A stretch of 64,000 nt of DNA from an uncultured Fibrobacterota bacterium. GTDB taxonomy: Bacteria; Fibrobacterota; Chitinivibrionia; Chitinivibrionales; FEN-1185. The position numbers and the translations under genes were made by a program. Under the pieces are notes generated by a model, which did not search any database, had not been told where the DNA came from, and worked only from the letters and a program-made list of their open reading frames with translations. The stretch's first letter is position 1; each line of letters begins with the position of its first letter. Below are positions 1 to 9,353 of this stretch, piece by piece. The stretch is taken from NCBI GenBank assembly GCA_963729895.1, contig CAVSQB010000022.1, forward strand, positions 96,001 through 160,000, in the 5' to 3' direction.

Positions 1-2
1 AA

Positions 3-290
3 TTAGAGCTGGGCAAAAGGATCGTCTCGCACGGACTATCGGTGCGCGAAGCGGAGGAAGCGGTGCAGCTGGGCAGGGAAAAGCGACTGCGTGCCGGGAG
101 CAGCGGGGCAGGGAAACGCGCCCCGGGCGAGAACGACCCAAACGCCGCCACGCTCATTGAGAAAATGCAGTACAAATTCGGGACCATGGTTTCAATTGTC
201 AATTCACATAACGACAAGGGCAAAATCGTCATTCACTTCTATGGCAGAGCCGATTTTGACCGGATTGTCGACCTTCTTGCGCGCGGGTAA
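3..290 (+). CDS. parB: Chromosome partitioning protein ParB, C-terminal part (5' truncated by window)
   Basis: Frame is open from the window edge and reads ...GLSVREAEEAV...LIEKMQYKFGTMVSIV..KGKIVIHFY..DFDRIVDLL, a typical Spo0J/ParB C-terminus. Confidence 0.9.
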   Translation, partial: LELGKRIVSHGLSVREAEEAVQLGREKRLRAGSSGAGKRAPGENDPNAATLIEKMQYKFGTMVSIVNSHNDKGKIVIHFYGRADFDRIVDLLARG

Positions 291-310
291 GCGCGCGGGT
301 AAGCGCGGGG
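279..310. repeat. 12-bp tandem repeat GCGCGCGGGTAA x2 plus a partial third copy over the parB stop codon
   Basis: Exact copies at 279-290 and 291-302, then GCGCGGGG. Confidence 0.85.
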
Positions 311-364
311 CCGGGAACAGTCGGAAACACTCATCGCCCGTTGTCGGGCGGCAAAAGTCACCCC

Positions 365-1237
365 ATGCAGCAGAAAAAAAAGTATTACACCATCATGTTT
401 ATTCCGGAGGGCAACACCCGGACCTTCTCGATGCATGTCCACAAAACCATCGTTTATTCTCTGGCGTTGTTTTTCTTGGTTTTTCTTGTCGGATTCGTCC
501 TTCTTGTCGTGAAGTCCGGAGAAATCGCCGCAAAACTCCAGTTGGTCTACATCCTCACGAGCGAAAACAAGCGCCTGAAGGAAGAGAACAAAAAGGTGAC
601 CTACGTTGCGGAAAGACTGGACAGAATAGAACAGCTCGGCCGGTACCTGCAGAGAATCGCCGGAACATCCGCTGCCGATCAGAAGAAGAGCCAGGGCGCG
701 ACGGCGGGAGCCAAGGGGGGTCGCGACGAAGCGGCGCTTCTGACCAGTGTGGACGAAACGCTCGACAGCGTGCAACGATCTTCCACAACGGATACCGGCG
801 CGGACCGCCGGCGCGGGGCGGCCACCGAAGTATACGTTGCGGCGCTTCCCAACATACAGCCGGTAATTGACGGATGGATAACGAGGAGATTCCTGGCCGA
901 AGCCAACGACACGGAACAAGCGCACAACGGCGTCGACTATGCAGCGACACAGGGAACGCTTATCCGCGCAACGGCCCCGGGCATCGTGGAAGACGTTTTC
1001 AACGACAGATATTTCGGACTCATGCTGACGATAAAGCATGGATTCGGAATGTCCACAAGGTATGGCCACTGCTCGCAGATTCTCGTATCGAAGGGAGATC
1101 ACGTGGAGCGGGGCCAAACGGTTGCCCTTGTGGGAAATACGGGCAGGTCCAGCGCCCCGCATCTTCACTACGAGGTCCTTAAGGACGGCAGAAACGTTGA
1201 TCCGGCAAAGTATATCTTCAGCAACGAAGACAAATGA
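365..1237 (+). CDS. Membrane-anchored M23 family peptidoglycan endopeptidase
   Basis: HNGVD (HxxxD), TRYGH and PHLHYEV (HxH) motifs; N-terminal TM helix and coiled coil. ATG at 365 chosen as start. Confidence 0.92.
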   Translation: MQQKKKYYTIMFIPEGNTRTFSMHVHKTIVYSLALFFLVFLVGFVLLVVKSGEIAAKLQLVYILTSENKRLKEENKKVTYVAERLDRIEQLGRYLQRIAGTSAADQKKSQGATAGAKGGRDEAALLTSVDETLDSVQRSSTTDTGADRRRGAATEVYVAALPNIQPVIDGWITRRFLAEANDTEQAHNGVDYAATQGTLIRATAPGIVEDVFNDRYFGLMLTIKHGFGMSTRYGHCSQILVSKGDHVERGQTVALVGNTGRSSAPHLHYEVLKDGRNVDPAKYIFSNEDK

Positions 1238-1250
1238 GAAGGAGAGAAGC

Positions 1251-1604
1251 ATGGACAAAAGTAATGACAAGGGACTGCACACGATCATGGGTGAAGGAAC
1301 TTTGCTTGAGGGAACACTGACGGTTCCGCACAGTGTGCGAGTTGACGGGGTCCTCAAGGGCAAGCTTGAAACAACGGAAACGCTTACGGTTGGCACAACG
1401 GGACACATAGAAGCGGATATCATTGCCAAAAACGCCATTATCGGCGGAACAGTGCGCGGAAACCTGTCCGTGGAAGACCGGGTTGAGTTGGAGGCGAACG
1501 CTTCGCTTATCGGCGATCTCAAGGCGCGCGACCTCATCATTAACGAAGGAGCCACCTTTCACGGCAACTGTGCCATGGATCTGGGAAAAAATGTCAAAGT
1601 GTGA
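1251..1604 (+). CDS. Bactofilin (polymer-forming cytoskeletal protein)
   Basis: TIMGEGTLLEG..VRVDG.LKG...IIGGTVRGNL...LIINEGATFHGNCAM beta-helix repeats; RBS AAGGAG precedes ATG 1251. Confidence 0.93.
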   Translation: MDKSNDKGLHTIMGEGTLLEGTLTVPHSVRVDGVLKGKLETTETLTVGTTGHIEADIIAKNAIIGGTVRGNLSVEDRVELEANASLIGDLKARDLIINEGATFHGNCAMDLGKNVKV

Positions 1605-1960
1605 TTTGTCTCAAGGAATTTGCGATCTGGATAAACACAGAAATTTGAAGGGCAGAATTATTATTTCAGTACATAATGTGGATAACAATCAGCCTGCAGA
1701 TTTTGCCCAACATGATATATATCAAGAAGTTTCTGACAGAGCCGGCATGGTCTAACAAGTTATCAACACCTTTCACATTCATAAAGCCGGCTTTGTTGAT
1801 AACCTGTGCCTATTGCTTAAAGCCCCCGATTATCAAATAGAAACAAAATCAAGTCAAATTAATGATTTGCGGCCGGTCGAATTTTTCCTCTTGTAAACAC
1901 ATCCCTTGCTCCGCTATCCATCAGAAAAGTGTGTGGTGCGCCGATTTCGTTGATGAGCTA
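1605..1960. promoter_or_regulatory. DnaA-box cluster, candidate replication origin (oriC)
   Basis: TGTGGATAA at 1677-1685 (perfect TTATCCACA on the minus strand), TTATCAACA 1760-1768, TGTTGATAA 1794-1802, TCTGGATAA 1626-1634; AT-rich non-coding gap between convergent genes, 1.3 kb from parB. Confidence 0.65.
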
Positions 1961-1978
1961 ATCGCTATGGGTTAAATT

Positions 1979-2135
1979 CCTCGAAGCGTGCTTCGGCTTT
2001 AACTCACCCCTCCTCGCTTCGCTCGGTTTCCCCTCTCTTTTCCTTCTTCATGGATGCCCGAAGGAGCACAAGAGAGGGGATTAAGGGGTGAGTTGTAAGT
2101 TCAGGATACCTCGAAAGTTGCTTCTGGGTAGTTCA
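1979..2135 (-). repeat. Two palindromic units of the dispersed CCGMAGYAMGCTKCGAGG repeat family flanking a nested hairpin
   Basis: CCTCGAAGCGTGCTTCGG at 1979-1996 and GATACCTCGAAAGTTGCTTCTGGGTAGTTCA at 2105-2135; reverse complements resemble 11813-11830 and 49983-49999. Confidence 0.6.
2001..2094. repeat. REP/MITE-like long inverted repeat
   Basis: AACTCACCCC (2001-2010) pairs with GGGGTGAGTT (2085-2094); TCCCCTCTCTT (2029-2039) pairs with AAGAGAGGGGA (2070-2080). Confidence 0.75.
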
Positions 2136-2188
2136 TTCGTCGATTGCAACAATAATGGGGCTGGCGGAAAAAGGGAATGCGCGAATAG

Positions 2189-2908
2189 CTATTCGAGACT
2201 CCTCATGACTTTTTCTGCAGCCAAAGCGGGATTACCATCCTCGGTCACCGCGCGGCCGATCACCAAAAGAGTGGCGCCGTTCTGCAGCGCCTCCTTTGGC
2301 GTTGCCACACGCTTCTGATCGTGGGGATCGCCATGCGGAAGCCTGATGCCCGGCGTAACAATTTCAAACCCATCCGGCAGCAACGGCTTGACATGAGGAA
2401 GGTCGGCCGCGGAACAAACGATACCGTCGAGAAGCGCGTCCACTGCGCGAAGCGCAAGAATCTTGATGTGTTGTTCCATGGCAACCGACACATTGAGCTC
2501 GTTGAGCAATGCGGACGCGTTGATGCTCGTAAGCAAGGTGACGCCGACGATCTTGGGCGGAGTAAGGCCTTCGTCGTTGGCGGCGCGAGCCGCGGCACAT
2601 GCTGCCTTCATCATCTCCGTGCCGCCCTGGGCATGCACGGTGATGTAGTGGACGCCCAGGCGAGAGGCGGCACTCACCGCGTTTGCCACGGTTTGCGGAA
2701 TGTCATGAAACTTCAGGTCGAGGAAGACCCTGCGGCCAGATTCGAATACCACGTCGAGAATGGAGGGGCCAAAACGAGTGTACAGCTCAAGACCCACCTT
2801 AAAGGTGCCAAAATACTGTTTTGTCCGGGCCACAAGCGACCGGACTTCTGCGGGTGAATGTAAATTATCAAGCGCGAGGGCGAGAAAATCCGACCGTTCT
2901 TTTTCCAT
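2189..2908 (-). CDS. pyrF: Orotidine-5'-phosphate decarboxylase
   Basis: FKVGLEL, VFLDLKFHDIPQTV (DxKxxD), VTPGIR, DQKRVATP and LVIGR motifs. Confidence 0.97.
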   Translation of the reverse strand: MEKERSDFLALALDNLHSPAEVRSLVARTKQYFGTFKVGLELYTRFGPSILDVVFESGRRVFLDLKFHDIPQTVANAVSAASRLGVHYITVHAQGGTEMMKAACAAARAANDEGLTPPKIVGVTLLTSINASALLNELNVSVAMEQHIKILALRAVDALLDGIVCSAADLPHVKPLLPDGFEIVTPGIRLPHGDPHDQKRVATPKEALQNGATLLVIGRAVTEDGNPALAAEKVMRSLE

Positions 2909-3428
2909 GAGAAGAAAATAATCGATGTCAAGGATGCTCCGAAAGGGGTGAAATGCAATGCGTTCAAACGAAGGCAGATTTTTAAATGGTCTTTTTTGAC
3001 AATGAAGCAGCAGGGAGACCGCGGCGTGTCGATCATGGATTCGAGCAGGGATCTCTGAAAAGAAAGAGCTTCGCCTCCACTCGCGGCAAATTTTTTGATC
3101 TCTCTACTGGGAACATGGTCTTTCTCTTGAATAGCGCGCAGATCCGCAGAGCGGCGTGTGCTTGCCACCCAAAGTAGAATTCCCCGTAAAATGGTGTTAG
3201 TTCAAAAAATTATGCATGGCGCGAGCAAGACGAAGCTCAGAAGTTAATATAATCAAAATTTTCAAAAAAAGATCACATTCGGAAGAAATAGTTGAAGAAA
3301 TCCGGTAATTTCCGGGCCGGGAGAGCCTTGAGTGTACGGGATACAAAGGCGCACAATGCAACGGTAAGTTATTTTGCGCGGCTGCGCAGAGAACGTATAT
3401 TATGCTCGTGCAGCAATAAAAGCATGAG

Positions 3429-4787
3429 GTGCCGGTGAGCAGTTTTGTTGTTGAGGGCGGCGTCGCATTGAAAGGCTCCGTAGCTTCCTCGGGGAACAAA
3501 AACGAGGCGTTACCGGTCATTGCCGCCTCAATGATGTGCTGCGGGACCGTGACGCTCTCCAATGTGCCGGATATCGGCGACGTGCAAAGCATGCTTTCCA
3601 TTGCGTCTTTTCTGGGGGCAAAGGTTTCGGCAATAAAGAACGGCGCCGTCACGATTGAGGTTGCGGGATCGCCCGCATCTGCCTTGCCTCTCGAATTGTC
3701 AAGCATCATCCGCGGGTCAATTCTGTTTGCCTCTTCGCTGCTTGTACGCACCGGAAAAGCCGTGATCCCCCAGCCGGGCGGGGACACCATAGGCCGGCGG
3801 AGGCTCGACACGCATTTTCTCGTATTCAAGGCGCTTGGCGCGAAACTTTCCGTGCGCCGCTCCCGCATGTCAAAGGACTCCGCGTCTCGGTTGTACGTTC
3901 TGGATGCCGCAAAAGGACTTCGCGGCGCGGACATCTGCCTCGATGAAGCGTCGGTAACGGCAACGGAGAACGCACTCATCGCCGCCGCGGGGGCCCGTGG
4001 AAAAACGACCATCGTAAACGCAGCCTCCGAGCCGCATGTGCAGGGGCTGTGCAGGTTCTTGGGGAAGGCGGGAGTGCGGATAGAAGGAATAGGATCAAAT
4101 GTGCTGACCGTGTACGGAACCGACCGGATTGACGGCGTGGAACACGCCATCGGATGCGACTACATCGAAGCGGGATCGTTTGTCGGCCTCGCCGCGGCGA
4201 CGCGCTCTCAACTGTCAATTACCAATGTCGACATCGAGCACATGAAAATGATCCTGTTTCAGTTTGCGAGGCTGGGCGTGCAGGTGGAGGTAGACCACCG
4301 GCTTCGCACCCTGCTGGTGCCGTCGCGCCAACGCATGAAAACGCGCGGGGACCTCGGCGGCGCCATTCCCAAAATAGACGATAACATCTGGCCGGCATTC
4401 CCGGCGGACCTTATGTCGATAATGATCGTTGTGGCAACGCAGGTGCGCGGGACCACGCTTCTGCACGAAAAAATGTTCGAATCGCGCCTGTTCTTTGTTG
4501 ACAAACTAATAACCATGGGCGCGCAGATCGTGCTCTGCGATCCGCATCGCGCCGTGGTCACCGGGCCGTCGCCGCTCGTGGGAGCAACCCTCTCCTCGCC
4601 CGATATCCGCGCCGGCATGGCCCTGCTTATCGCGGCGTGCGCGGCGCGCGGAACCAGCCGCATCCAGAACATAGAGCAAATCGACCGCGGCTACGAGCGG
4701 ATCGACGCGAGGCTTGCCGCACTTGGCGCACGGATTACCCGTCCTCCCGACCGCCGGGGGAGCGGAAGCGCGTCGGGAAAATTCTAG
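3429..4787 (+). CDS. murA: UDP-N-acetylglucosamine 1-carboxyvinyltransferase
   Basis: GNKNEALPVIAA, PGGDTIGRRRLD, EASVTATEN, WPAFPAD, DIRAG and IDRGYE motifs. Confidence 0.95.
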   Translation: MPVSSFVVEGGVALKGSVASSGNKNEALPVIAASMMCCGTVTLSNVPDIGDVQSMLSIASFLGAKVSAIKNGAVTIEVAGSPASALPLELSSIIRGSILFASSLLVRTGKAVIPQPGGDTIGRRRLDTHFLVFKALGAKLSVRRSRMSKDSASRLYVLDAAKGLRGADICLDEASVTATENALIAAAGARGKTTIVNAASEPHVQGLCRFLGKAGVRIEGIGSNVLTVYGTDRIDGVEHAIGCDYIEAGSFVGLAAATRSQLSITNVDIEHMKMILFQFARLGVQVEVDHRLRTLLVPSRQRMKTRGDLGGAIPKIDDNIWPAFPADLMSIMIVVATQVRGTTLLHEKMFESRLFFVDKLITMGAQIVLCDPHRAVVTGPSPLVGATLSSPDIRAGMALLIAACAARGTSRIQNIEQIDRGYERIDARLAALGARITRPPDRRGSGSASGKF

Positions 4788-4796
4788 GACCACACC

Positions 4797-5360
4797 ATGA
4801 GACGTTGCAGCGCGGCAGTGATATGCGCCCTGATCGTTGCCGGCTGCGCCGCCCCCATCAAGCAATTCTATCCGGGAACATATTTTCCGGAAGACCGCAC
4901 CTATCAGAACAAATCGATCGGCTTTTCACTCACCTACCGGGGAAGTTGGGAGCTTGTCACCGACCCCAACCTGATGAAAGAAAACAAGAAGTACGCGCAG
5001 GAATGCCAGCAATCGGGTCTGGAATTGCTGTTTGTCGGTTTCACCGCCGAGAAGATGCAGGGAACCAGATGCATCGTTGGAAATCTGAATGAAACCAGCA
5101 CGGAATGGGCGGACTATGTCCGGCGCATCAACACAACCCGCGTCGACAAGGACTTTGGAACCACCCCGGACACGCTGCACGGCATATCGATGATGCGGTG
5201 GGAGTATGCCAAAAACGAAATCAGGTTCGTCGAGTTTTTCTTTTCGGTTGACACCTATAACATTCGCGTTGCATTCTGGACTACGCCGGACTTGTACGAT
5301 AAGTTTCTTCCCGTGTACAAAGACATTATGAACACGCTGTCGATTACCGACCCGGAATAA
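4797..5360 (+). CDS. Hypothetical lipoprotein
   Basis: Signal peptide with lipobox VAGC; starts 10 bp after murA with an AGGA RBS. Confidence 0.7.
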   Translation: MRRCSAAVICALIVAGCAAPIKQFYPGTYFPEDRTYQNKSIGFSLTYRGSWELVTDPNLMKENKKYAQECQQSGLELLFVGFTAEKMQGTRCIVGNLNETSTEWADYVRRINTTRVDKDFGTTPDTLHGISMMRWEYAKNEIRFVEFFFSVDTYNIRVAFWTTPDLYDKFLPVYKDIMNTLSITDPE

Positions 5361-5406
5361 CCGTTATGCCCACCGGTATGTCGACTCACCGAAAGGATGG
5401 CTCATC

Positions 5407-8103
5407 GTGATAGCAAACAACCTGAGGGTTCTCATCGAGAAACTTGATGACTACTGTACAAAAGCGCTCGAGTCGTCGGTTGGATTGTGCGTCAACCGCG
5501 GTCACTACGAGGTTCGCTGGGAGCACCTCTTTATGGAATTTCTCGACGACACGCAGGGAGAGGTTGCAACCATCCTGCGGCAATTCAAGGTGGATGTCGC
5601 CACCCTCAAGAAAGCGCTCATCGGGGAGCTTGAGAACCTTGGAAGCGGCAACACCGGGAGACCCTCCTTTTCCCCCCCTCTCCTTGACGGGTTGGAGCAT
5701 GCCTGGAGCATCAGCACCCTGTGCTACGGATTGCCGGCGATAACCTCCGGGTCCCTGTTCATCGCCATGCTTGAACGCGGGCAATTTTCGATCGCGGGCT
5801 ATGGGGATGCGCTCAAATCGGTAAACCTTGAGACGCTCAAAAACGAATACGTTTCGATTGTGAAGTCATCCGAAGAACAGCAAGCGGGCCCTTCAGACAC
5901 CGGCAGGCCGGCAGCCACGCGCTCGCCGGAAGCCGCCCAGGACATCCTGAAACAGTTCTGCACGAATTTCACGCACGAGGCCAAGGCCGGCAGCATAGAT
6001 CCCATTCTCGGCCGTGACGACGAAATCAGGCAGGCACTTGACATTCTCAACCGGCGGCGAAAGAACAACCCCATCCTTGTCGGTGAAGCCGGCGTCGGAA
6101 AGACCGCGATCGTGGAAGGCATCGCGCTTCGCATCGCCACCGGCGACGTTCCCGACAACCTTAAGAATGTGGACGTGTGGGGACTCGATTTGGGGCTGCT
6201 GCAGGCAGGCGCGTCTGTAAAGGGCGAATTCGAGAAGCGGCTTAAAGGCGTCATAGACGCCGTAAAGAACAATGCGAAATCCACCATTCTGTTTATCGAC
6301 GAGGCCCACACGCTCATCGGCGCGGGGGGGGCGGCCGGCCAGGGCGACGCCGCCAACCTTCTCAAGCCGGCGCTCGCGCGGGGCGAACTGCGAACGCTTG
6401 CGGCGACGACATGGTCGGAATACCGGAAGTACTTTGAGAAAGATCCGGCGCTTGCGCGCAGGTTCCAGCTTGTGAAGATCGATGAACCGGACGAGGAGAC
6501 GGGCTGCATCATGCTGCGCGGCGTGGCCGAGAGCTTTGAACGGCACCATGGCGTTCATATCACCTACGATGGCGTCAAGGCGGCGGTTTCGCTGTCGCAC
6601 CGGTACATCTCGGGCAGACAGTTGCCGGACAAGGCGGTTGACGTACTCGACACGGCCTGCGCGCGGGTTAAAATGAGCCAGAGCGTCAAACCGGCGTCCC
6701 TTGACGGTGCGGAACGCGCCTTGCTCTACACCCAGCTCGAAAAAAAGAAGCTCGAGCGGGACCGTGACGCCGGCTTGACGGTTCCACAAGAACTCATCGA
6801 GGAGTGCGAAACGGCGGTATCCGCAAAAAACGGGGAGATTGCAGCGCTTACGGAGCAGTGGGGCAAGGAAAAGACCAAGGTTGAGGCGATACGATTGCTT
6901 GAAGACAAGCTGAAGGCCCTCAAGGATTCGGGCGGAAGGGGGCCGGAACTTTCTGCGGCGCTCGCATCCATGACCGAGGAACTCGCGTCCCTTGAAGCGC
7001 TCCAGGGAGACAAGCCCTTGGTGTTTCCCCACGTGACGGCCGCAGTGTGCGGCCAGGTGATCTCGGATTGGACCGGCATTCCCGTCGGTTCCATGGTGAA
7101 AGACGAGGCGCAGACCCTTCTGCAGCTCGAAGAGCGGCTGTCCCAGCGCATCGTGGGCCAGGACGAAGCGCTTGCCGCACTGGCGAGCACCATTCGCGCG
7201 TCGAAAACCGGCATGGGCAACCCTGACGCGCCGCTCGGCGTGTTTCTGTTTACCGGGCCGTCGGGCGTGGGAAAAACCGAATGCGCACGCGCGCTGGCCG
7301 ACATCCTGTTCGGAGGGGAGAAATTCATCACGACCATAAACATGTCGGAATACCAGGAAAAACATACCGTGTCGCAGCTCAAGGGGTCGCCGCCCGGATA
7401 CGTGGGCTACGGCGAGGGCGGGGTCCTTACCGAGGCGGTGCGCCAGAAGCCGTACTCGATCATTCTCCTTGACGAAGTGGAAAAGGCGCATCTCGAAGTC
7501 ATGAACCTGTTCTACCAGGTTTTCGACAAGGGTTTCATGCGGGACGGCGAAGGCAGGGAGATCAATTTCCGCACCACCATTATCATCATGACGTCAAACC
7601 TTGCGTCCGACACCATTGTGGACTTGTGCACAAAGGACGGCGCTTCGCGGCCCAACGCGGACGAACTCGTCACCGCCATCAGGCCGGAGCTTTCGGCGCA
7701 TTTTCAACCCGCGCTCCTGGCCCGCTGCAAGATCGTGCCGTTCGGGCCTCTTGACAAAGACGTCATGAAGGGGGTTGTTGCCATGAAGCTCGACGTCATC
7801 GCGCAGCGCCTCAAGAAGGCCCACGGCATCACCCTGTCGATTTCGCCCTCCCTTGTCGACAGCATTGCCGATTGCTGCACCGCCATTGAGGCGGGCGCGC
7901 GTAATGCGGACGCCGTGATAGACGGAACGCTCCTTCCTGGTATTTCCCGGCAGCTGCTCTCGCACATGGGCACAGAAAAAGGGGCTTTGTCGAGATTGCA
8001 TATAGGGCCGGGAGAAAACGGCGATTTTGAAATAATTTTCTCGGATGAAGAAGATGCGGCGCCTCAAAAAACGAACGGTGGAGGATCGGGGAAAAAGGGA
8101 TGA
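5407..8103 (+). CDS. tssH: Type VI secretion ATPase ClpV/TssH-like Hsp100
   Basis: ClpV-type N-terminus (LRVLIEKL..CTKALESSVGLCVNRGHYEVRWEH), two Walker A motifs (GEAGVGKT, GPSGVGKT), EKDPALARRFQ and DWTGIPVGSMVKDE. Confidence 0.85.
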   Translation: MIANNLRVLIEKLDDYCTKALESSVGLCVNRGHYEVRWEHLFMEFLDDTQGEVATILRQFKVDVATLKKALIGELENLGSGNTGRPSFSPPLLDGLEHAWSISTLCYGLPAITSGSLFIAMLERGQFSIAGYGDALKSVNLETLKNEYVSIVKSSEEQQAGPSDTGRPAATRSPEAAQDILKQFCTNFTHEAKAGSIDPILGRDDEIRQALDILNRRRKNNPILVGEAGVGKTAIVEGIALRIATGDVPDNLKNVDVWGLDLGLLQAGASVKGEFEKRLKGVIDAVKNNAKSTILFIDEAHTLIGAGGAAGQGDAANLLKPALARGELRTLAATTWSEYRKYFEKDPALARRFQLVKIDEPDEETGCIMLRGVAESFERHHGVHITYDGVKAAVSLSHRYISGRQLPDKAVDVLDTACARVKMSQSVKPASLDGAERALLYTQLEKKKLERDRDAGLTVPQELIEECETAVSAKNGEIAALTEQWGKEKTKVEAIRLLEDKLKALKDSGGRGPELSAALASMTEELASLEALQGDKPLVFPHVTAAVCGQVISDWTGIPVGSMVKDEAQTLLQLEERLSQRIVGQDEALAALASTIRASKTGMGNPDAPLGVFLFTGPSGVGKTECARALADILFGGEKFITTINMSEYQEKHTVSQLKGSPPGYVGYGEGGVLTEAVRQKPYSIILLDEVEKAHLEVMNLFYQVFDKGFMRDGEGREINFRTTIIIMTSNLASDTIVDLCTKDGASRPNADELVTAIRPELSAHFQPALLARCKIVPFGPLDKDVMKGVVAMKLDVIAQRLKKAHGITLSISPSLVDSIADCCTAIEAGARNADAVIDGTLLPGISRQLLSHMGTEKGALSRLHIGPGENGDFEIIFSDEEDAAPQKTNGGGSGKKG

Positions 8104-8167
8104 AACGGGGAAGATGGTTGTAACCGGACACGGTCGCCCTATGACGGGATTTCCGGCTCACAGGCCA

Positions 8168-8917
8168 TCAGGCTGCTGGAACCACATCCTTCTTTTCTTC
8201 GGATTTCTCGCCCCAGACGAAAATGGCCCCGCAGTTCTGGCAGGTAAGCAGTTTTGTTCCTCTGCGGATCTCGTTGATGAGCTGGGTCTCCAGAACCTTG
8301 AAGCATGAAGAGCACGTGCGGTTGTCGTCGCCGACGAAACTCAACACGTTTGCATTTTTCCTGCGGGACAGGATATGGTCGTAGGTGCGAAGCAGGGATT
8401 TTGGAACATGTGCGGAAACTTCCGCCCGTTCCTGTTGCAGGAGCGCCACCGAGGAATCGATAGAGGCTATTTTTGTCTTCAGATCCGCGATTTTTGGGTC
8501 GCTCTCCGCCTGTATCTTTTCGAGCTCGGCTTTGCTGACCTCAAGCGATTGCTGGAGCTTGTCGGCCTCGGCAAGAAGGCTCCTCGCCCGTGAGTCGGCG
8601 CCCGCGATAATGCTTTTGAAGTTTTCGATTTCCGCGTGCACGGCATCGTACTCGCGGTTTGTCTTGATTGAATTAAGACGCTCCTGGCTCTTGTCGAGCG
8701 CGGTTTTTGCGTCGGCGACTTTTTCCTCAAATGATTTCTTCTCCGCGGCATTTGCAGCCAGCTGATTATGTACGGAATCAACCGCCCTCGTGGCATTCGC
8801 TATGGCCCGTTCGAGCTCGGAAAGCGCCTTCGGCAGATCACTTTGAGATTGAATCAGGTCGTGGACGCGGAAATCTATTGTTTGCAGTTGCACCAGCAAT
8901 TCCAAGTCCTTGATCAT
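8168..8917 (-). CDS. Coiled-coil C4 zinc-ribbon protein (DUF164 / CT398-like)
   Basis: L..LQ.ID start, long coiled coil with TNREYDA, C-terminal CSSC...CQNCG zinc ribbon. Confidence 0.9.
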   Translation of the reverse strand: MIKDLELLVQLQTIDFRVHDLIQSQSDLPKALSELERAIANATRAVDSVHNQLAANAAEKKSFEEKVADAKTALDKSQERLNSIKTNREYDAVHAEIENFKSIIAGADSRARSLLAEADKLQQSLEVSKAELEKIQAESDPKIADLKTKIASIDSSVALLQQERAEVSAHVPKSLLRTYDHILSRRKNANVLSFVGDDNRTCSSCFKVLETQLINEIRRGTKLLTCQNCGAIFVWGEKSEEKKDVVPAA

Positions 8918-8990
8918 TTCGCCTCCGATGGCGGCAGGGAGCCGTTATTTTCACCGCGAGCAAGCCGGCCGCGATCGCGGCAGGAACCCG

Positions 8991-9025
8991 AAAACAAAAA
9001 GGCACCTCTGTGTGAGAAGTGCCTT
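8991..9025 (-). terminator. Rho-independent terminator-like hairpin downstream of tRNA-CAU
   Basis: Minus strand AAGGCACTTCT-CACAC-AGAGGTGCCTT followed by TTTGTTTT. Confidence 0.7.
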
Positions 9026-9124
9026 GGGAAACGTAATTCGGCTTGAGTAGCTTTCTTGCCGAGAGAGAGAAATAACAGAAGCCTGCCAGTCATGTTTTGT
9101 TGAGCTTCTCTATGCAAAGGTGAT

Positions 9125-9201
9125 TGGTGGGCCCACTAGGACTCGAACCTAGGACTAACGGATTATGAGTCCGCTACTCTAACCAACTGAGTTACGGGCC
9201 C
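9125..9201 (-). tRNA. tRNA with CAU anticodon, most likely tRNA-Ile2 (lysidine)
   Basis: GGGCCCG acceptor arm, anticodon arm GCGGA-CTCATAA-TCCGT, GGTTCGAGTCC T-arm, encoded CCA. Paired G1-C72 and no GGG/CCC anticodon stem exclude fMet. Confidence 0.9.
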
Positions 9202-9353
9202 TCACGATTCGTCAAAATATAATTCCTTGGAGGCTATTTCTACAAGCGGAGAGGAGATTTTGTTTATCCGCGCGAGCAAACTTATTTTCCGCGCAGGCGG
9301 TGAGCGGCGGGAATCGATTTACAGGTGAACAACGGGCTGCGAAGCCGGAAAGG

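Noticed and set aside
2986..3177. 63-aa ORF or ncRNA in the pyrF-murA divergent gap
   Set aside because: No clear RBS, motif or recognisable RNA structure; cannot be supported, though not excluded.
5893..7491. 532-aa minus-strand ORF and similar long antisense ORFs (239-1555, 39340-40164, 45146-46366)
   Set aside because: They shadow well-supported genes on the opposite strand, which is common at high GC; no motifs.
9125..9201. Initiator tRNA-fMet
   Set aside because: Has a paired G1-C72 and lacks three G-C pairs in the anticodon stem; Ile2 favoured, elongator Met not fully excluded.
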